Origin: Octopus vulgaris
Lineage: Eukaryota
Direction: 5' to 3'
NCBI GenBank assembly: GCA_951406725.2
Contig: OX597837.1
Coordinates: 37,758,001 to 37,822,000, forward strand
DNA length: 64,000 nt
Positions within the stretch are counted from its first letter, which is position 1. Each line of letters begins with the position of its first letter. This document shows, in pieces, positions 23,540-37,081 of this stretch. The notes under the pieces were generated by a model, which was given only the letters and a program-made list of their open reading frames with translations, was not told where the DNA came from and made no database searches. Made by a program: the position numbers and the translations under genes.

Positions 23540-24095
23540 AGCAGACCTCAAAGCAATCCAACAAAGCTTCACAAAGAACATCATCTCGTTGCAACTGCTT
23601 ACCTTCTGGGAGAGGCTGAAGCAGCTAAGACTCTACCCCCTGGGGCGAAGGTGGGAGAGATATGCAGTAATTTACTTCTGGAAGATCCTGCAAGGGTTTG
23701 TGCCAAATTTTGGCATTGAAAGCTGCACAATTGCCAGGATGGGTCAACACTGCACACTGCCAAAGAACCCAGCAGTGCCATCGTGCTTCAGGCCCAGTTG
23801 CTGCAACAACCTGGGTTTCAAGGGCCCACAACTTTTTAATATTCTCACAAAGAGCCTGAGGGACCTACACGAAGTGAATGTAGGTGTTTTCAAATCAAAA
23901 CTGGATCTTTTCCTGTTGAGAGTCCCAGATGAACCTATCCCATGACAAGAGGTGCAAATGGGAATAGCGACATCAAACTCCCTTATTCACTCAATGCCAC
24001 ATATCAGAGGAGGCTCTCAATAATAACAGTGTAGCAAAACGGCAGTGCCCCAACATGGCCACAGCTTGAAACTGAAACTGATAAATAAAAAAAAA
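23540..24095 (+). mobile_element. CR1/L2-group LINE 3' end (partner of SINE family A)
   Basis: ORF LTFWERLKQLRLYPLGRRWERYAVIYFWKILQG..FKSKLDLFL..VPDEP, then a 3'UTR ggcagtgccccaacatggccacag..ctgaaac and an A-rich tail. Confidence 0.85.
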
Positions 24096-24750
24096 TGTAA
24101 ATATATATATATAATATCATCATCTTTTAATGTCCGCTCTCCATGCTAGCATGGGTTGGACGGTTCAACTGGGGTCTGGGAAGCCAGAAGGCTGCACCAG
24201 GCCCAGTCTGATCTGGCAATATATACATAGATGTTTGATATATTGTATAATTGGAAATATCCATTCATCCAGTTTCTCTACCTCTGGGAGATCCTTTGCC
24301 ATTTCCTCTATCGGCCAATCAGAAGCAATCATCGTTACACATTCCAGCTGGATTCCCAAATGTGACTAACTAAAACTATGGATATTATCCAACCATCTTG
24401 CTCCTGGTCTGTCCCTGCGTCTCCATGAAGTAGGACTGAACCCAAGAGAGCATGGTTGGGAAGCAAGCGTCTTAACCACACGGCCATGCTTGTGCATATC
24501 ACATCCACGCACACAGACAGACAGAGGAAAACGGAAGATACAAAGTGCAAACTAGGGACAGAGATAGACAATGGCACCCTGGTACGTTTATCAGTAGGTG
24601 GTCCACTATTTTTAAGATAGCGTGTTAGTGCTGGTGTGTACGTGTGAGGGATAGAAAGAGATAGATAGATAAATAGAGAGATAAGGTGTTTGTAGTAGGG
24701 TACATTACATATAAATTTAAGTATGTATATATGCGTGTGTGTGCATGTAT

Positions 24751-25150
24751 TACTCTTACTCTTTTACTTGTTTCAGTCATTTGACTGTGGCCATGCTGGA
24801 GCACTGCCTTTAGTCGAGCAAATCAACCCCGGGACTTATTCTTTGTAAGCCCAGTACTTATTCTATCGGTATCTTTTGCCGAACTGCTAAGTGATGGGGA
24901 CGTAAACACACCAGCATCGGTTGTCAAGCAATGCTAGAGGGACAAACACAGACACACATACATATATATATATATACAAATATACGACAGGCTTCTTTCA
25001 GTTTCCGTCTACCAAATCCACTCACAATGCATTGGTCGGCCCGGCGCTATAGCAGAAGACACTTGCCCAAGATGCCACGCAGTGGGACTGAACCTGGAAC
25101 CATGTGGTTGGTTGGCAAGCTACTTACCACACAGCCACTCCTACGCCTGC
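24751..25150 (-). mobile_element. SINE family A, full length
   Basis: Matches the family A consensus. Confidence 0.88.
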
Positions 25151-25724
25151 GCCTATGTGTGTATGAGCTTATAAAGATTAGCTTTTAATCGCCAGGAGCT
25201 AAGTGATTCAAGCACTCCACCCTCGCCGCCTCATCCCAGAGAGCTTCATTCACAACATTTATCAAAATATAAAAAAAAAAAAACTACACACACACACATA
25301 CATTTACTCATGTTTGGAATTCTTGCTTTTCCTGTTTGTATAACCAAACCCACCCACACACACACAACCGCCACCTCCTCCTCCTCCTCCTCCTCACACC
25401 AAACACAAATTACTCTTCTCACAATGGTCCTCGAAAACATTTTAATGAGGCGCATTTGAACTGTCTATCACCCCTTATCACACTGCCAATGCCATTAATT
25501 ACAGCTTTATTATTACGCTAATTACTGCAACGATTTGAAAACAGGCACGGCTAAATTACACTAGTTAACCTTTGACCTGTGTTCATTGAATCAGCCCTCC
25601 CCCGCCCAGTGACTCCAACTTCCCCCCCATCACCCCTTCTGCTTCTTCTCACACCCCACCACCTCAAAGACTCCTTTCTGTCCTGTTGCACTAACAGTGA
25701 CATCACCACCACTACCACCTCCTC

Positions 25725-26086
25725 CTTTCTACTTGTAGGCACAAGGCCTCAAATTTGTGGGGGAGGGGACTAGTTGATTACATCGACCCCAGTGTTTCAC
25801 TGGTACTTAATTTAACGACCCCGAAAGGATGAAAGGCAAATTTGAACCCAGAACGTAAAGACGGGCGAAATACCTATTTCTTTATTGCCCACAGGGGGTC
25901 AAACATAGAGGGGACAAACAAGGACAGACAAACGGATTAAGTCGATTATATCGACCCCAGTGCATAACTGGTATTTAATTTTATCGACCCCGAAAGGATG
26001 AAAGGCAAAGTCGACCTCGGCGGAATTTGAACTCAGAACGTAGCGCGGCATTTCGTCCGGCGTGCTAACAATTCTGCCAGCTCGCC
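25725..26086 (-). mobile_element. SINE family B with duplicated body
   Basis: Reverse complement of family B. Confidence 0.85.
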
Positions 26087-29000
26087 CTCTCCTGCTACTA
26101 CCACCCCCACCACTTCTACCCCCAGCCCCTATCCTACTACCCTCCACCAATACTACGACCACCTCTGCCGCCGCTCCCACTCGCTATCTAACCAATGTGG
26201 AAGGAGTTCTTTTACGTGGTCACTCAATTTGCTAGAAACTGCAGCGAAATCATCCCCCAAATCTCTCACACACACACTATTTAGCTTCAAAAATGAAGTG
26301 AGGAGGGAGAGAGAGAGAGTGTGAGGAAGATATTGGATAATGGGATCTTTTGTGTTTGGTTGCATCCAAAATTTGGAAATTTTAAAGTTTAGTGAAAATT
26401 TTAAAATTTGGTGAATCGATGCGTGGTTGTGTGGTTAAGAAGGTTGCTTCCCAACAACAAGACTACAGGTTCAGTCCCACTGCGTGGCACCTTGGACAAG
26501 TTGTCTTCTGCTATGGCATCCAGACGACCAAAGCCTTGTGAGTGGGTTTGGTAGACGGAAACTGAAAGAAGCCTGTCATATATATGTATGTATGTGTTTG
26601 TTCCTCCTTCATCAGAGAGAGAGAGAGAGGGGGGGGTGTCTATGTGGGAGTCCTTCAGTTAATGTAGAGTTATCTACCTTGGCTAATCCTTTCCTTATCT
26701 TAATTATATTCGTCTCCAACTCAATAAATAACCCACACCACTTAACCACTACCACCACTACTACTGCTGCTACTACCACCACCACCACCACCACTACTAC
26801 CACCACCACCACCACCACCACTACTACCACCACCACCACCACTACTATCACTACAACTACCACCACCACCACTTCTAACTACTACTATCACTATTATCAC
26901 CAATACACACACCTCCCCCCCCACCGGACAGAACAATACCTAATCTGTCCCTCCCGGCTCATCCGCCGCCGCCTCCTCCACTCCTTTCTTTCCGCAATGC
27001 TCTCCTCGCTGTTCCTTCTTCATCTTGTGGGTTTAATGCTGGCGGCGGCGACGACGGCGATGACGAAACGGCAGCGGCGGCGGTTGTGGACACACGGAAA
27101 TGTCACTCGTTTCTCTTACCGCCACCGCAAACGTGGGAAAGACATAACTTTTGAAGGGGAATAATAATAATAATAATAATGATGATGACGACAATGATGA
27201 TGATGATGATGATGATAATAATAATGACAAAAGAGGTTGGGAAGAAGGGATGGTAGTGGTGATGGTGGTGGGGGGGTCAAAGCTTTGGTTTCGTTGGCCC
27301 TTGATGTTGGTGAAAGATGTCATCTTTTCTGATCGGGGAGACGGGTGGGGGGAAGGTGTTACCATTGTCCGGAAGTCTAAGTTGAACTCCACACACGCAC
27401 AGACACACACACACAAACACATACACCACAGCATTAAGCTTACACGCCATACGGTGAGAAGAAAAAAGAAAAGGAGAAAGAGAGAGAGAGAGAAGGAAAC
27501 ATTAATAGGGGAGAGAGAGAAAAAGAGGGTAATAAAAGAGTGAAAGACCAGAGAGCGAGGTTGGAAAAATGCACTTCATAAAACTACGTAGCCTTGGCTG
27601 CATCTAACTGTAAACCTTCTTTAAAAAAATGTATGTAGCTATGTAAAAATTGCATTAAAACATATATGCATTATTACAGCGTAAGGGACCCTTTTTTTAT
27701 AGGCTCCCTTAAGGGTGGTTGTGTGGTAAGAAGTTTGGTTCCAAACTACATGGCCCCGGGTTCAGTCCCACTGTGTGTCACCTTGGGCAAGTGTTTTTTG
27801 CTATAGCTTCAGTGCGACCAAAGCCTTGCGAGTGGATTTGGTAGATGGAAACTGAAAGAAGCCTGTCGTATATATATATATATATATAGGGAGCAGCATG
27901 GCTGTGTGGTAAGAAGTTTACTTTCCAACCACATGGTTCCAGGTTCAGTCCCCTGGCATGGCACCTTGGGCAAGTGACTTCTATTAGTCTTGGGCTGACC
28001 AAAGCCTTGTGAGTAGATTTGGCATAGTTTTTTACGTGGCACCAGTACGGGCGAGGTCAGTTTTGGCAGGGTTCTTACAGCTGGATGCCCTTCCAAATGC
28101 CAACCACCCCACAGTGTGGACTGGATGCCTTTTTATGAAGCGCTAGCACCAGCAGGGTCACCGAGTAACTTGCAAGACAAGGGATTTTTGAGAGGGAAGA
28201 GGGCACTTAATATCCGTTGTCTATGCTGGCATGGGTTGGGTGGTTTGACTATGGGGAGCTGCACCAGGCCCCAGTCTGATTTGGCATGGATGCCCTTCCT
28301 AATGCCAACCACTTTACAGAGTGTGCTGGGTGCTTTTACGTCACACTGCATGAAGGGCCACTCTTAACACATCTGCTGCGGAGTACGAGCCTTCCGGAGT
28401 ACAGCAAGGTGCCAAGTATCTCGGTCCTTCGTTATCTTGCCTGAAAAGTTCAGCGAAGGGTTACAGTGCTCTAAATTAACACTACACTTTCGACCAAAAT
28501 TTCACAACAATTTATGTTCCAAATATCAGCTTAGTAGCGACAAAAATTATTTTACTAAATGTTTTGATACTTTCAAAAGGACCACAGCCACATGATTGAC
28601 ACACATAACGCTTTCCATCAAATTTCATTTTAATGTATGTCTGCCCTCAACACCTATTTCTTTATTGCCCACAAGGGGCTAAACATAGAGGGGACAAACA
28701 AGGACAGACAAACGGATTAAGTTGATTACATCGACCCCAGTGCGTAACTGGTGCTTAATTTATCGACCCCGAAAGGATGAAAGGCAAAGTTGACCACGGC
28801 AAAATATGAATACAGAAATTAGCGGCAGATGAAATACCGCTAAGCATTTTGCCCAGCGTGCTAACGTTTCTGCCAGCTCGTCGCCTTACACCAGCTTAAT
28901 AATAAAGTTATTTTACTAAATTTTTTATTATTTCCAAAATAAATTGAAACAAGGGCAGCATATTTCAACAGGAATTATAGTAAGAAAAGGGGGAAACATT

Positions 29001-29359
29001 TGTTTTTTGAAATTTATTCTAAACCACTAAAAAAAAAAAAAAAAAATTATATGGATGCAAAATTATTTTGTTCTCTTTAATAAAAGAGCGGAGGGTGAGC
29101 AAAGGGAAATTTTTTTCCACTAATATTAACTGTTTGGGGGGGGGGGGGGGGGGGTTTGCAAGGCCTGGTAGGTGCCAGTCTGGCAACCTAGCTTTAACCT
29201 TATTGTACACTTCCCACCAAAAAGCCGACCAACTTTTAGTGGTTTTGTTCTGATACTGGATACTCTTACTGCCTATTATTATCAGTTATTATTATCATTA
29301 TTATTATTATTACACCAGACAGTAATAGACAGACAGGAAAGAGTACAGAAGGCACATTT

Positions 29360-29393
29360 GTATACACCCACATATACATACATACATACATAC

Positions 29394-29424
<31 letters not shown>

Positions 29425-29446
29425 TGTATGTATATATGTGTATATG

Positions 29447-29531
<85 letters not shown>

Positions 29532-29614
29532 ATATATATATATGTATATATGTATATATATATATATGTATATATATATATGTATATATATATATGTATA
29601 TATATATGTATATA

Positions 29615-29663
<49 letters not shown>

Positions 29664-29782
29664 GTATATGTATATATATATATGTATATATATATGTATA
29701 TGTATATATATATGTATATGTATATATATATGTATATGTATATATATATGTATATGTATATATATATGTATATATATATATG

Positions 29783-29813
<31 letters not shown>

Positions 29814-29849
29814 GTATATATACATACGTACATACATACATACATATAT

Positions 29850-29880
<31 letters not shown>

Positions 29881-29907
29881 CACACACACACATATATGTA
29901 TATATAT
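29360..29907. repeat. Long (TA)n/(TATG)n microsatellite
   Basis: Directly visible. Similar tracts at 18230-18745, 19915-20372, 37830-38280, 38445-39620, 52800-53200, 54740-55180 and 59000-59235. Confidence 0.95.
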
Positions 29908-32699
29908 GGCTAGAGCTGGAGAAAAACATACATGCACCACACATACTACGCACCCTAGCACCACCATCGCTGCCACCAACCACCACCACCACCAGCTAAT
30001 TATCTTATAAGTTGACTATAATTACCAAATTCTAACCTACATTCTTATAATTACTACAACCGAGGCAGCCAGCCGTATTTATCTTGGTGTGTCTTCAACT
30101 ACCATCCACCCCCACACCACCACCACCACCACGATGACGATGGTGGTGGCCATCAAGACCACCACCACCATCACTACTACTCATTCTTGGATGACCATCA
30201 GTAGCACCATCACCACTACTACCACCACCACAACTACTACTAAGACAAGGACCACCAGCACCAACACTACTACTACATTTAGTATGGTTACCAGCACCAC
30301 CACCACTACAACTACTACTACCACCAACTACTACTACTACAACTACCACCACCACAACTACTACTAAGACAAGGACCACCAGCACCAACACTACTACTAC
30401 TTTTAGTATGTTCACCACCACCACTACTACTATCAGAGATGACCATCAATAAGCATGACTGCTACCACTACAAAGTCCTACTACCACTGCTGCTACTACT
30501 ATTACAATGATGACCACCACCACCATTACTACTACTAATACTACTACTACCAGCACCACTCTTCTCTGAGATGACCATCAATACCATCCCAACACCATTA
30601 CCACCACCACCTCCACTACTACTATTACTACTACTACTACCAGCACCACTCTTCTCTGAGGTGACCATCAATACCACCACCACCATCCCCATCACCACCA
30701 CCACCACCACCAATAACAACAGCCAACAACCATTACTAATAATTGACTTTCCTAATGTATTCATTTTCGTTTGTTTTGTATTAATCGTTTTATTTGTTTT
30801 AAGTAATGAGGGATGGGTGATTTGCTTGTGTAAGGAAGTCTGCTGCCCTCTCCTGCTGCTGCTGCTGCTCATGCTACTACTGCCATTGTTGTTACAAGAG
30901 GAGGGGGTGACCCCATAGACAAGAACATCAATTCTGTCTCTAGTTGGGGTCTGGTTTGCCAGGAGTTCATTCCTAGAGACAACCCTACCATACCCTCTCT
31001 GTAAAAAAAAAACCAAAAAAAGGTACAGGCATGGTTGTGTGGTAACAAAGCTTGCTTTGTTTGCAACCGTGTGGCCTTGGGTTCAATCCACCACGTGGCA
31101 TCTTGGCCAAGTGTCTTCTACTATATAGCCTCAGGTCGACCAATGCTTTGAGTGAATTTGGTAAATGGAAACTGTGTGGAAGCCTGTATGCATACATGTG
31201 TGTGTATTTCTTTTTGATTTTTACAAACCAGTTGGAAGCTTCACATACCGGATACTAGCAAGTAATGGGGCCATCAGTAGAGAATGTGTACTGTTTCAGG
31301 GCCTCCCTCTTGATGGCATTATTGATGCACTGGGCCCTCATTGAGATGAGATCCTGCTTGCTAGATCAACTGGTTAAACTAGGTTTTGCTCAATATTCCT
31401 CTAGCGATTTATTGCTCATTGTCCCTTTTTAAACAAATCCAGTGGCTTACCTTCACCACTGTAGCCTGGATACCACTCATAATAGTATATATCTATATCT
31501 ATCAATCTAACTATCATCATCATCATTATCATTTAACATCGGTTTTCCAAGCTGGCATGGGTTGGACGGTTCAACTGGGATCTGGGAAGCCAGGAGGCTG
31601 CACCAAGCTCCAATCTGATCTGGCAGTGTTTCTACAGCTGGATGCCCTTCCTAATGCCAACCACTCCGAGAGTATAGTGGGTACTTTTTACGTGCCAGAG
31701 GAGCTGGCATCGACCACGATCAGATGGTGCTTTTTACGTGCCACCGGCACGGAAGCCAGCCAGAGCGGCATTATCTATATGTGTATATATGCATGTGTGT
31801 GTCTTTATTTCCATCAAAAGCATGATAACTAGTGTTGGTTTGTTTATGTCCCTATGACATAAACAGCCTAATAGAATAAGCACCAGACTTTAATTCTGGG
31901 ATTGATATAATCAAGCAAACCACTCCAACTAAAATTGCCGGCGTTGTGCTGAAGTTATAAAGTGTTATTTTAATCATTATTAGCAAACTTAGTAAGGAAA
32001 TCTGTTTCCAACATTACAAAATTACAAAGCAAGCCCTCTGGTGGAGACCCCAAGGGATATACAAGCATGGCAGCCCCCCCGCTCCCCAAAAAAAACACAT
32101 GGAGATGGTGCATAGAAACTGAAATTCAGGATACATGAGGGAACTGGCACTCTATACTCAACATGGAGTCAAAGGAATTAATTAATGAATAATAAAATCA
32201 ATCCTGGTTGAGTTACTATGGTGACAATCTTCAAAAGAAATATGCAAGTTTTCTGCCCAAACAATTTGGCTGAAAATTCTAGAAGGATGGCTGACAGTTA
32301 TAAAAAGACTGGCAAATTCAACCCTAACTAGAGAGCTGCTACACCACCTTAGGCAGTGTTTCTAAACTATTCCTTACCTAGAGACCCCTTTGATTCCCAT
32401 CTTACCCTTACTGGACTCCCATAGCCATTTGTAATTTTATAATTAACTATTATTAGGGATTGTATTAAAAAAATTGATATAATATTTTGCATATTGTAGA
32501 AGTATAACCACAAAAAGTTACATGGATCTCCAAGGGTCATAAAGACTCTGGTTCAGAAATACTTAACTCGGGGAATCTAAGTTGCTTGTCCCAGCAAGTT
32601 GTTCCCTTTCTCCTCTCTTTCACTTTTAACCTCTCAACATATTATCCCAGATATTTTCGTTCGGAGATGTCTAGTAAATATATATCTGAAATAAAATAA

Positions 32700-33120
32700 A
32701 GGCGCAGGAGTGGCTGTGTGGTAAGTAGCTTGCTAACCAACCACATGGTTCCGGGTTCAGTCCCATTGCGTGGCAACTTGGGCAAGTGTCTTCTGCTATA
32801 GGCCCGGGCCGACCAATGCCTTGTGAGTGGATTTGGTAGACGGAAACTGAAAGAAGCCTGTCGTATATATGTATATATATATATATGTATGTGTGTGTGT
32901 TTGTATGTCTGTGTTTGTTCCCCTAGCATTGCTTGACAACCGATGCTTTTTACGATGTGTTTACATCTCCGCCACTTAGCGGTTTGGCAAAAAGATACCA
33001 ATAGAATAAGTACTGGGCTTACAAAAAGAATAAGTCCCGGGGTCGAGTTGCTCGACTAAATGTGGTGCTCCAGCATGGCCGCAGTCAAATGACTGAAACA
33101 AGTAAAAGAGTAAAAGAGAG
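32700..33120 (+). mobile_element. SINE family A, full length
   Basis: Matches the family A consensus. Confidence 0.9.
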
Positions 33121-33489
33121 AGAGTTCATTGTACTCTGAAGAATCTGTCACTAATTTCTAACCTGGAATACTTCGTCCATGATGTTATTCCTGTTTTCTG
33201 TCATTAACGATCTGTAACGATCATTTCCATCAGTGACTTCATCATAAATCAAAACTGATCCAAAATAATTTGTGTACTTTGTCTTCTTTATACAGATTCA
33301 AAACAGGCACAGCGTGACTGTGGGTTAAGAAGCTTACTTCCCAACCACATGGTTCTGGGTTCAGTTTCATTGCATGGCGCTTTGGGCAAGTGTCTTCTAC
33401 TAGTCTTGGGCTGACCAAAACCTTTTGAATAGATTTGGTAGACAGAAACTGAGAGAAGACCATCATACATATACATATATATATTATGG

Positions 33490-33561
33490 GCTTCTGTGGT
33501 GTAATGGTTAGCACTCTGGACTCTGAATCCAGCGATCTGAGTTCGAATCTCAGTAGAACCT
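33490..33561 (+). tRNA. trnQ-CTG: tRNA-Gln (anticodon CTG), possibly a pseudogene
   Basis: GCTTCTGTGGTGTAATGGTTAGCACTCTGGACTCTGAATCCAGCGATCTGAGTTCGAATCTCAGTAGAACCT. D, anticodon (CTGGA/TCCAG) and T (CTGAG/CTCAG) stems are intact. C2:C71 mismatch in the acceptor stem, and no T4 terminator immediately downstream. Confidence 0.85.
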
Positions 33562-33584
33562 AATTCACTTTCTTAATTCTTTGT

Positions 33585-33985
33585 AGGTGTAGGAGTGGCT
33601 GTATGGTAAGTAGCTTGCTTACCAACCACATGGTTCCGGGTTCAGTCCCACTGCGTGGCACCTTGGACAAATGTCTTCTTCTATAGCCTCAGGCCGACCA
33701 AAGCCTTGTGAGTGGATTTGGTAGACGGAAACTGAAAGAAGCCCGTCGTATATATATGTATGAGTGTGTGTGTATATGTTTGTGGGTCTGTGTTTGTCCC
33801 CTGAACATCGCTTGACAACTAACATTGGTGTGTTTATGTCCCTGTAATTTAGCAGTTCAGCAAAAGTGACCGATAGAATAAGTACTAGGCTTACAAAGAG
33901 TAAGTCCTGGGGGTTGATTTGCTCGACTAAAAGGCAGTGCTCCAGCATGGCTGCAATCAAATGACTGAAACAAGTAAAAGAATAA
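33585..33985 (+). mobile_element. SINE family A, full length
   Basis: Matches the family A consensus; starts about 24 bp after the tRNA. Confidence 0.88.
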
Positions 33986-34914
33986 AAAACAAAAATAATA
34001 ATAAAAAAAAATATATTCTTTGCATGGAAATTGGAAAAAAAAAATGTGTATGTAACGAGGTTAAGCAACATGCTTTTATATCACAATCGACAAAGGACAC
34101 TAACCTTTCCTTGTTGTGTCCAAGAACATGTATTAATTATCTGCAGTGATTAATTTTCTTGCATCACCTTCATTTCATTAGCGAGCGAGTTGTATACACA
34201 AGATTCGTTACCACCATGTTCGTTGACTATCGATCCATTAATTTATTTATTGAGCGTACATTTGTAAATATAACGACGCAGGTTAATTAAATATTAAGAA
34301 ACCTGAACTGCAGCCTGGTCGTTGCCTACAACCAATGCCTTCCTAACTTGTGGACAGCCAATGAGGACCAACTCATTTCTTCCTTTTTATTTGCTTCAGC
34401 CATTAAACTGTGGCCATGCTGGGGCATACCTCGAAGAATTTTTAGTTCGACTAAGTCACCCCATTACGAATTTTTTTTTTGGTTTTAAAGCCTGGTACGC
34501 ACTCTATCGGTCTCTTTTGCTGAACCACTAAGTTACAGGGAGGTAAACAAACCTACACCGGTTGTTAAAACACAAAGACACACAGATGCAAAGACATGCA
34601 TACACACACATACAATGGGCTTCTTTCGTTTTCCATCTACAAAATCCACTAACAACGCTTTGGTTCGCCCCCTAAGCTATAGTAGAAAACACTGGCCCAA
34701 TGTGTCACACAGTGGAACTGAACCTGGGACCCTGTAGTTGAGAAGTAAGCTTCTTACCACACAGCCACATCTATAATAAACCACCACATGAAATCCTCCT
34801 CAGTTGTAGCCACTCCAACAAATACATAAGAGCAGCAAAGTGGTAGATGTGATGCTAAGTCCATCTTGATTACTTCTGCTGTGGTGCACAATGCTCTTTT
34901 TGTATTTATGCGCC

Positions 34915-35211
34915 CTTTTCAAGCCTAGCTAGGCTCATGGGCCCAGTTTCCTGGTTTCTATGGCGTATGTGTTCCCCCTAGATGGACGGGACACCAGTCC
35001 ATCACAGCGTTACTAAGGAAACAGGAAGAAAGAGTGAGAGAAAGTTGGGGCGAAAGAATACAACAGGGGTCGCCACTATCCCCTTCCAGAGCCTCGTGGA
35101 GCTTTGGGTGTTTTCGCTCAATAAACACACACAATGCCCGGTCTGGGAATCGAAACCGCGATCCTCCGACCACGAGTCCCCTGCCCTAACCACTGGGCCA
35201 TTGCGAGCCTC
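34915..35211 (-). mobile_element. SINE related to family C
   Basis: Minus-strand head ggaggctcgcaatggcccagtggttagggcag..ggtttcgattccc, with a gatggactggtgtcccgtcc domain. Confidence 0.8.
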
Positions 35212-36258
35212 CACGGTGCACAATGTACAACTACAATACTGTCACACTCTGCCCCCCACTACCCCGCTATCGAATAACCAGAACCATACTCGACTTGCTA
35301 GAAAGAGCAGCCAGTTCTTCTCCAAATCATACCGGAAAGTTTTTAGATGTGAAAATATTTCACTGTCGGACAGTCACAGAAAACACAAACTCCGGTTCAC
35401 CGGCCGGATACAAACGCAAAGCCCTGTTATTTCCTCTGCCCCGCTCCAGCAATTATCACACTTAAGCAGTTAAGCCCCCAGACCTTATCTACTTAAAATC
35501 ACCTTGTTTTAAGAAAAAGAAAAATTTTAAACGGGGAATGAAAAGTAATAGATGGGATGGGATATAGGGGGCTTAAACCCTTTTGACACCAAACAGTCTG
35601 ATATGGCCCCTGATTGTAGGATACTAACTTTTTGTTTTAACCCTTTAATATTTAGATTACTCTGTCAAATGTAATGGTTGTTTATTTACATTGTTTTGAA
35701 TTTATCATGCATTATCTCATAGCCTTGGGATTTAGATGAGGTGATTGTGGAGTTTTAGAATGACATTGTAGGGTTAGTACGAGAGGTCAGATGTGGCCAC
35801 TTTGAACATAAAATTAGGTCAGATATGGCCAGTTTAAATGCTAGGAGGTTTAAATAATTTAAATTATAACCTTGCATAAAAATTTCATGTTAATTTTACC
35901 TTACAAACATTGGTTTCACAATGACAAAATTGTATCCATAAATTTTCAATATTTTCAAAACTAAGTGAAACAAGGGTAACGTATTGTATGCATAGGAGTG
36001 GCCGTGTGGTAAGTAGCTTGCTTACCAACCGCATGGTATCGGGTTCAGTCCCACTGTGTGGCACCTAGGGCAAGTGTCTTCTACTATAGCTTCGGGCCAA
36101 CCAAAGCCTTGTGAGTGGATTTGGTAGATGGAAACTGAAAGAAGCCCGTCGTATATGTGTATGTGTGTCTGTGTTTGTCCCCCCACCATCGCTTGACAAC
36201 CGAGATTGGTGTGTTTGCAGCATCGGTTGTCAAGCGATGTTGGGGTACAAACGCAGAT

Positions 36259-36294
<36 letters not shown>

Positions 36295-36735
36295 TGATAC
36301 ATATATACGACGACGGGCTTCTTTCAGTTTACGTTGACCAAATCCACTCACAAGGATTTGGTTCGCCAGAGACTATTGTAGCCATGTGGTTTGTAAGCAA
36401 TCTACTTACCACACAGCCACCCCTACTCTTATCATTCAAAATTAATCAAAACCAATACAGTTTATTTGGACAGAAATATCACACTAAAAAAGGGGGGGAG
36501 GGGGTTAAATGGTGGTATGTGATTTGAGGAAGTTTATTTAGTAAAAGTTATCAATTGATGTATTTAGAGGGAATGACTGGTGATAAGATCCTGCAATAGG
36601 AAGGGAAGGTAAATGACAGGTGTTAGCATTTCTGATATAAAACCAACTGAGGTCACCCCTTGGGTCAATCATATAAACTTCCTATTTTAAGGTGATCTAA
36701 ATAACAACCTTTTATCAAAATTTCATGTTAATTAA

Positions 36736-36956
36736 CCCTTTCGTTACCATATTTCTGTTGAGATGCTCTGTGTTTCTTTCAATTACTTTAAATATAACAA
36801 AGAATTTAGTAAAATAACTTAGTTATCATTAAACTAGTGTTAGGAACATAAATTGTGACTAAGGTTTGGTGGAAGATTTTAATTCAAACCTTATGAAAAC
36901 AAGACATTTGTACTACAGATCCAGAACCGGTTTCAGCCGGGTTGGTAATTAAAGGG
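36736..36956 (+). mobile_element. piggyBac-type MITE family 1, complete
   Basis: TTAA (36732-36735), CCCTTTCGTTACCA...TGGTAATTAAAGGG, TTAA (36957-36960). Confidence 0.88.
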
Positions 36957-37081
36957 TTAAGAGAAGCTGTTTAAGGAAGAAAGAATGATTTTATTGCTGC
37001 TGAGGTCATCTTCACCTTTCATATCTTCAACGTCAATATTAATGGGACCTCTGGAAATTCCACAGAGCAAAAAAAGATTAA

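Noticed and set aside
25468-25500. miR-34-like sequence on the minus strand (TGGCAGTGTGAT..)
   Set aside because: Only 10 nt match and no complementary arm.
26484-27164. Thr-rich 226-aa ORF
   Set aside because: Starts inside a SINE and runs through (ACC/ACT)n; no mucin-like gene structure.
29172-30010. YI/CV-repeat ORFs (also at 18.2-18.7, 19.8-20.4, 37.7-39.7, 52.6-53.3 and 54.6-55.2 kb)
   Set aside because: Translations of (TA)n, (TG)n and (TATG)n microsatellites.
34982-35473. 163-aa ORF
   Set aside because: First half is an antisense SINE; no recognisable homology.
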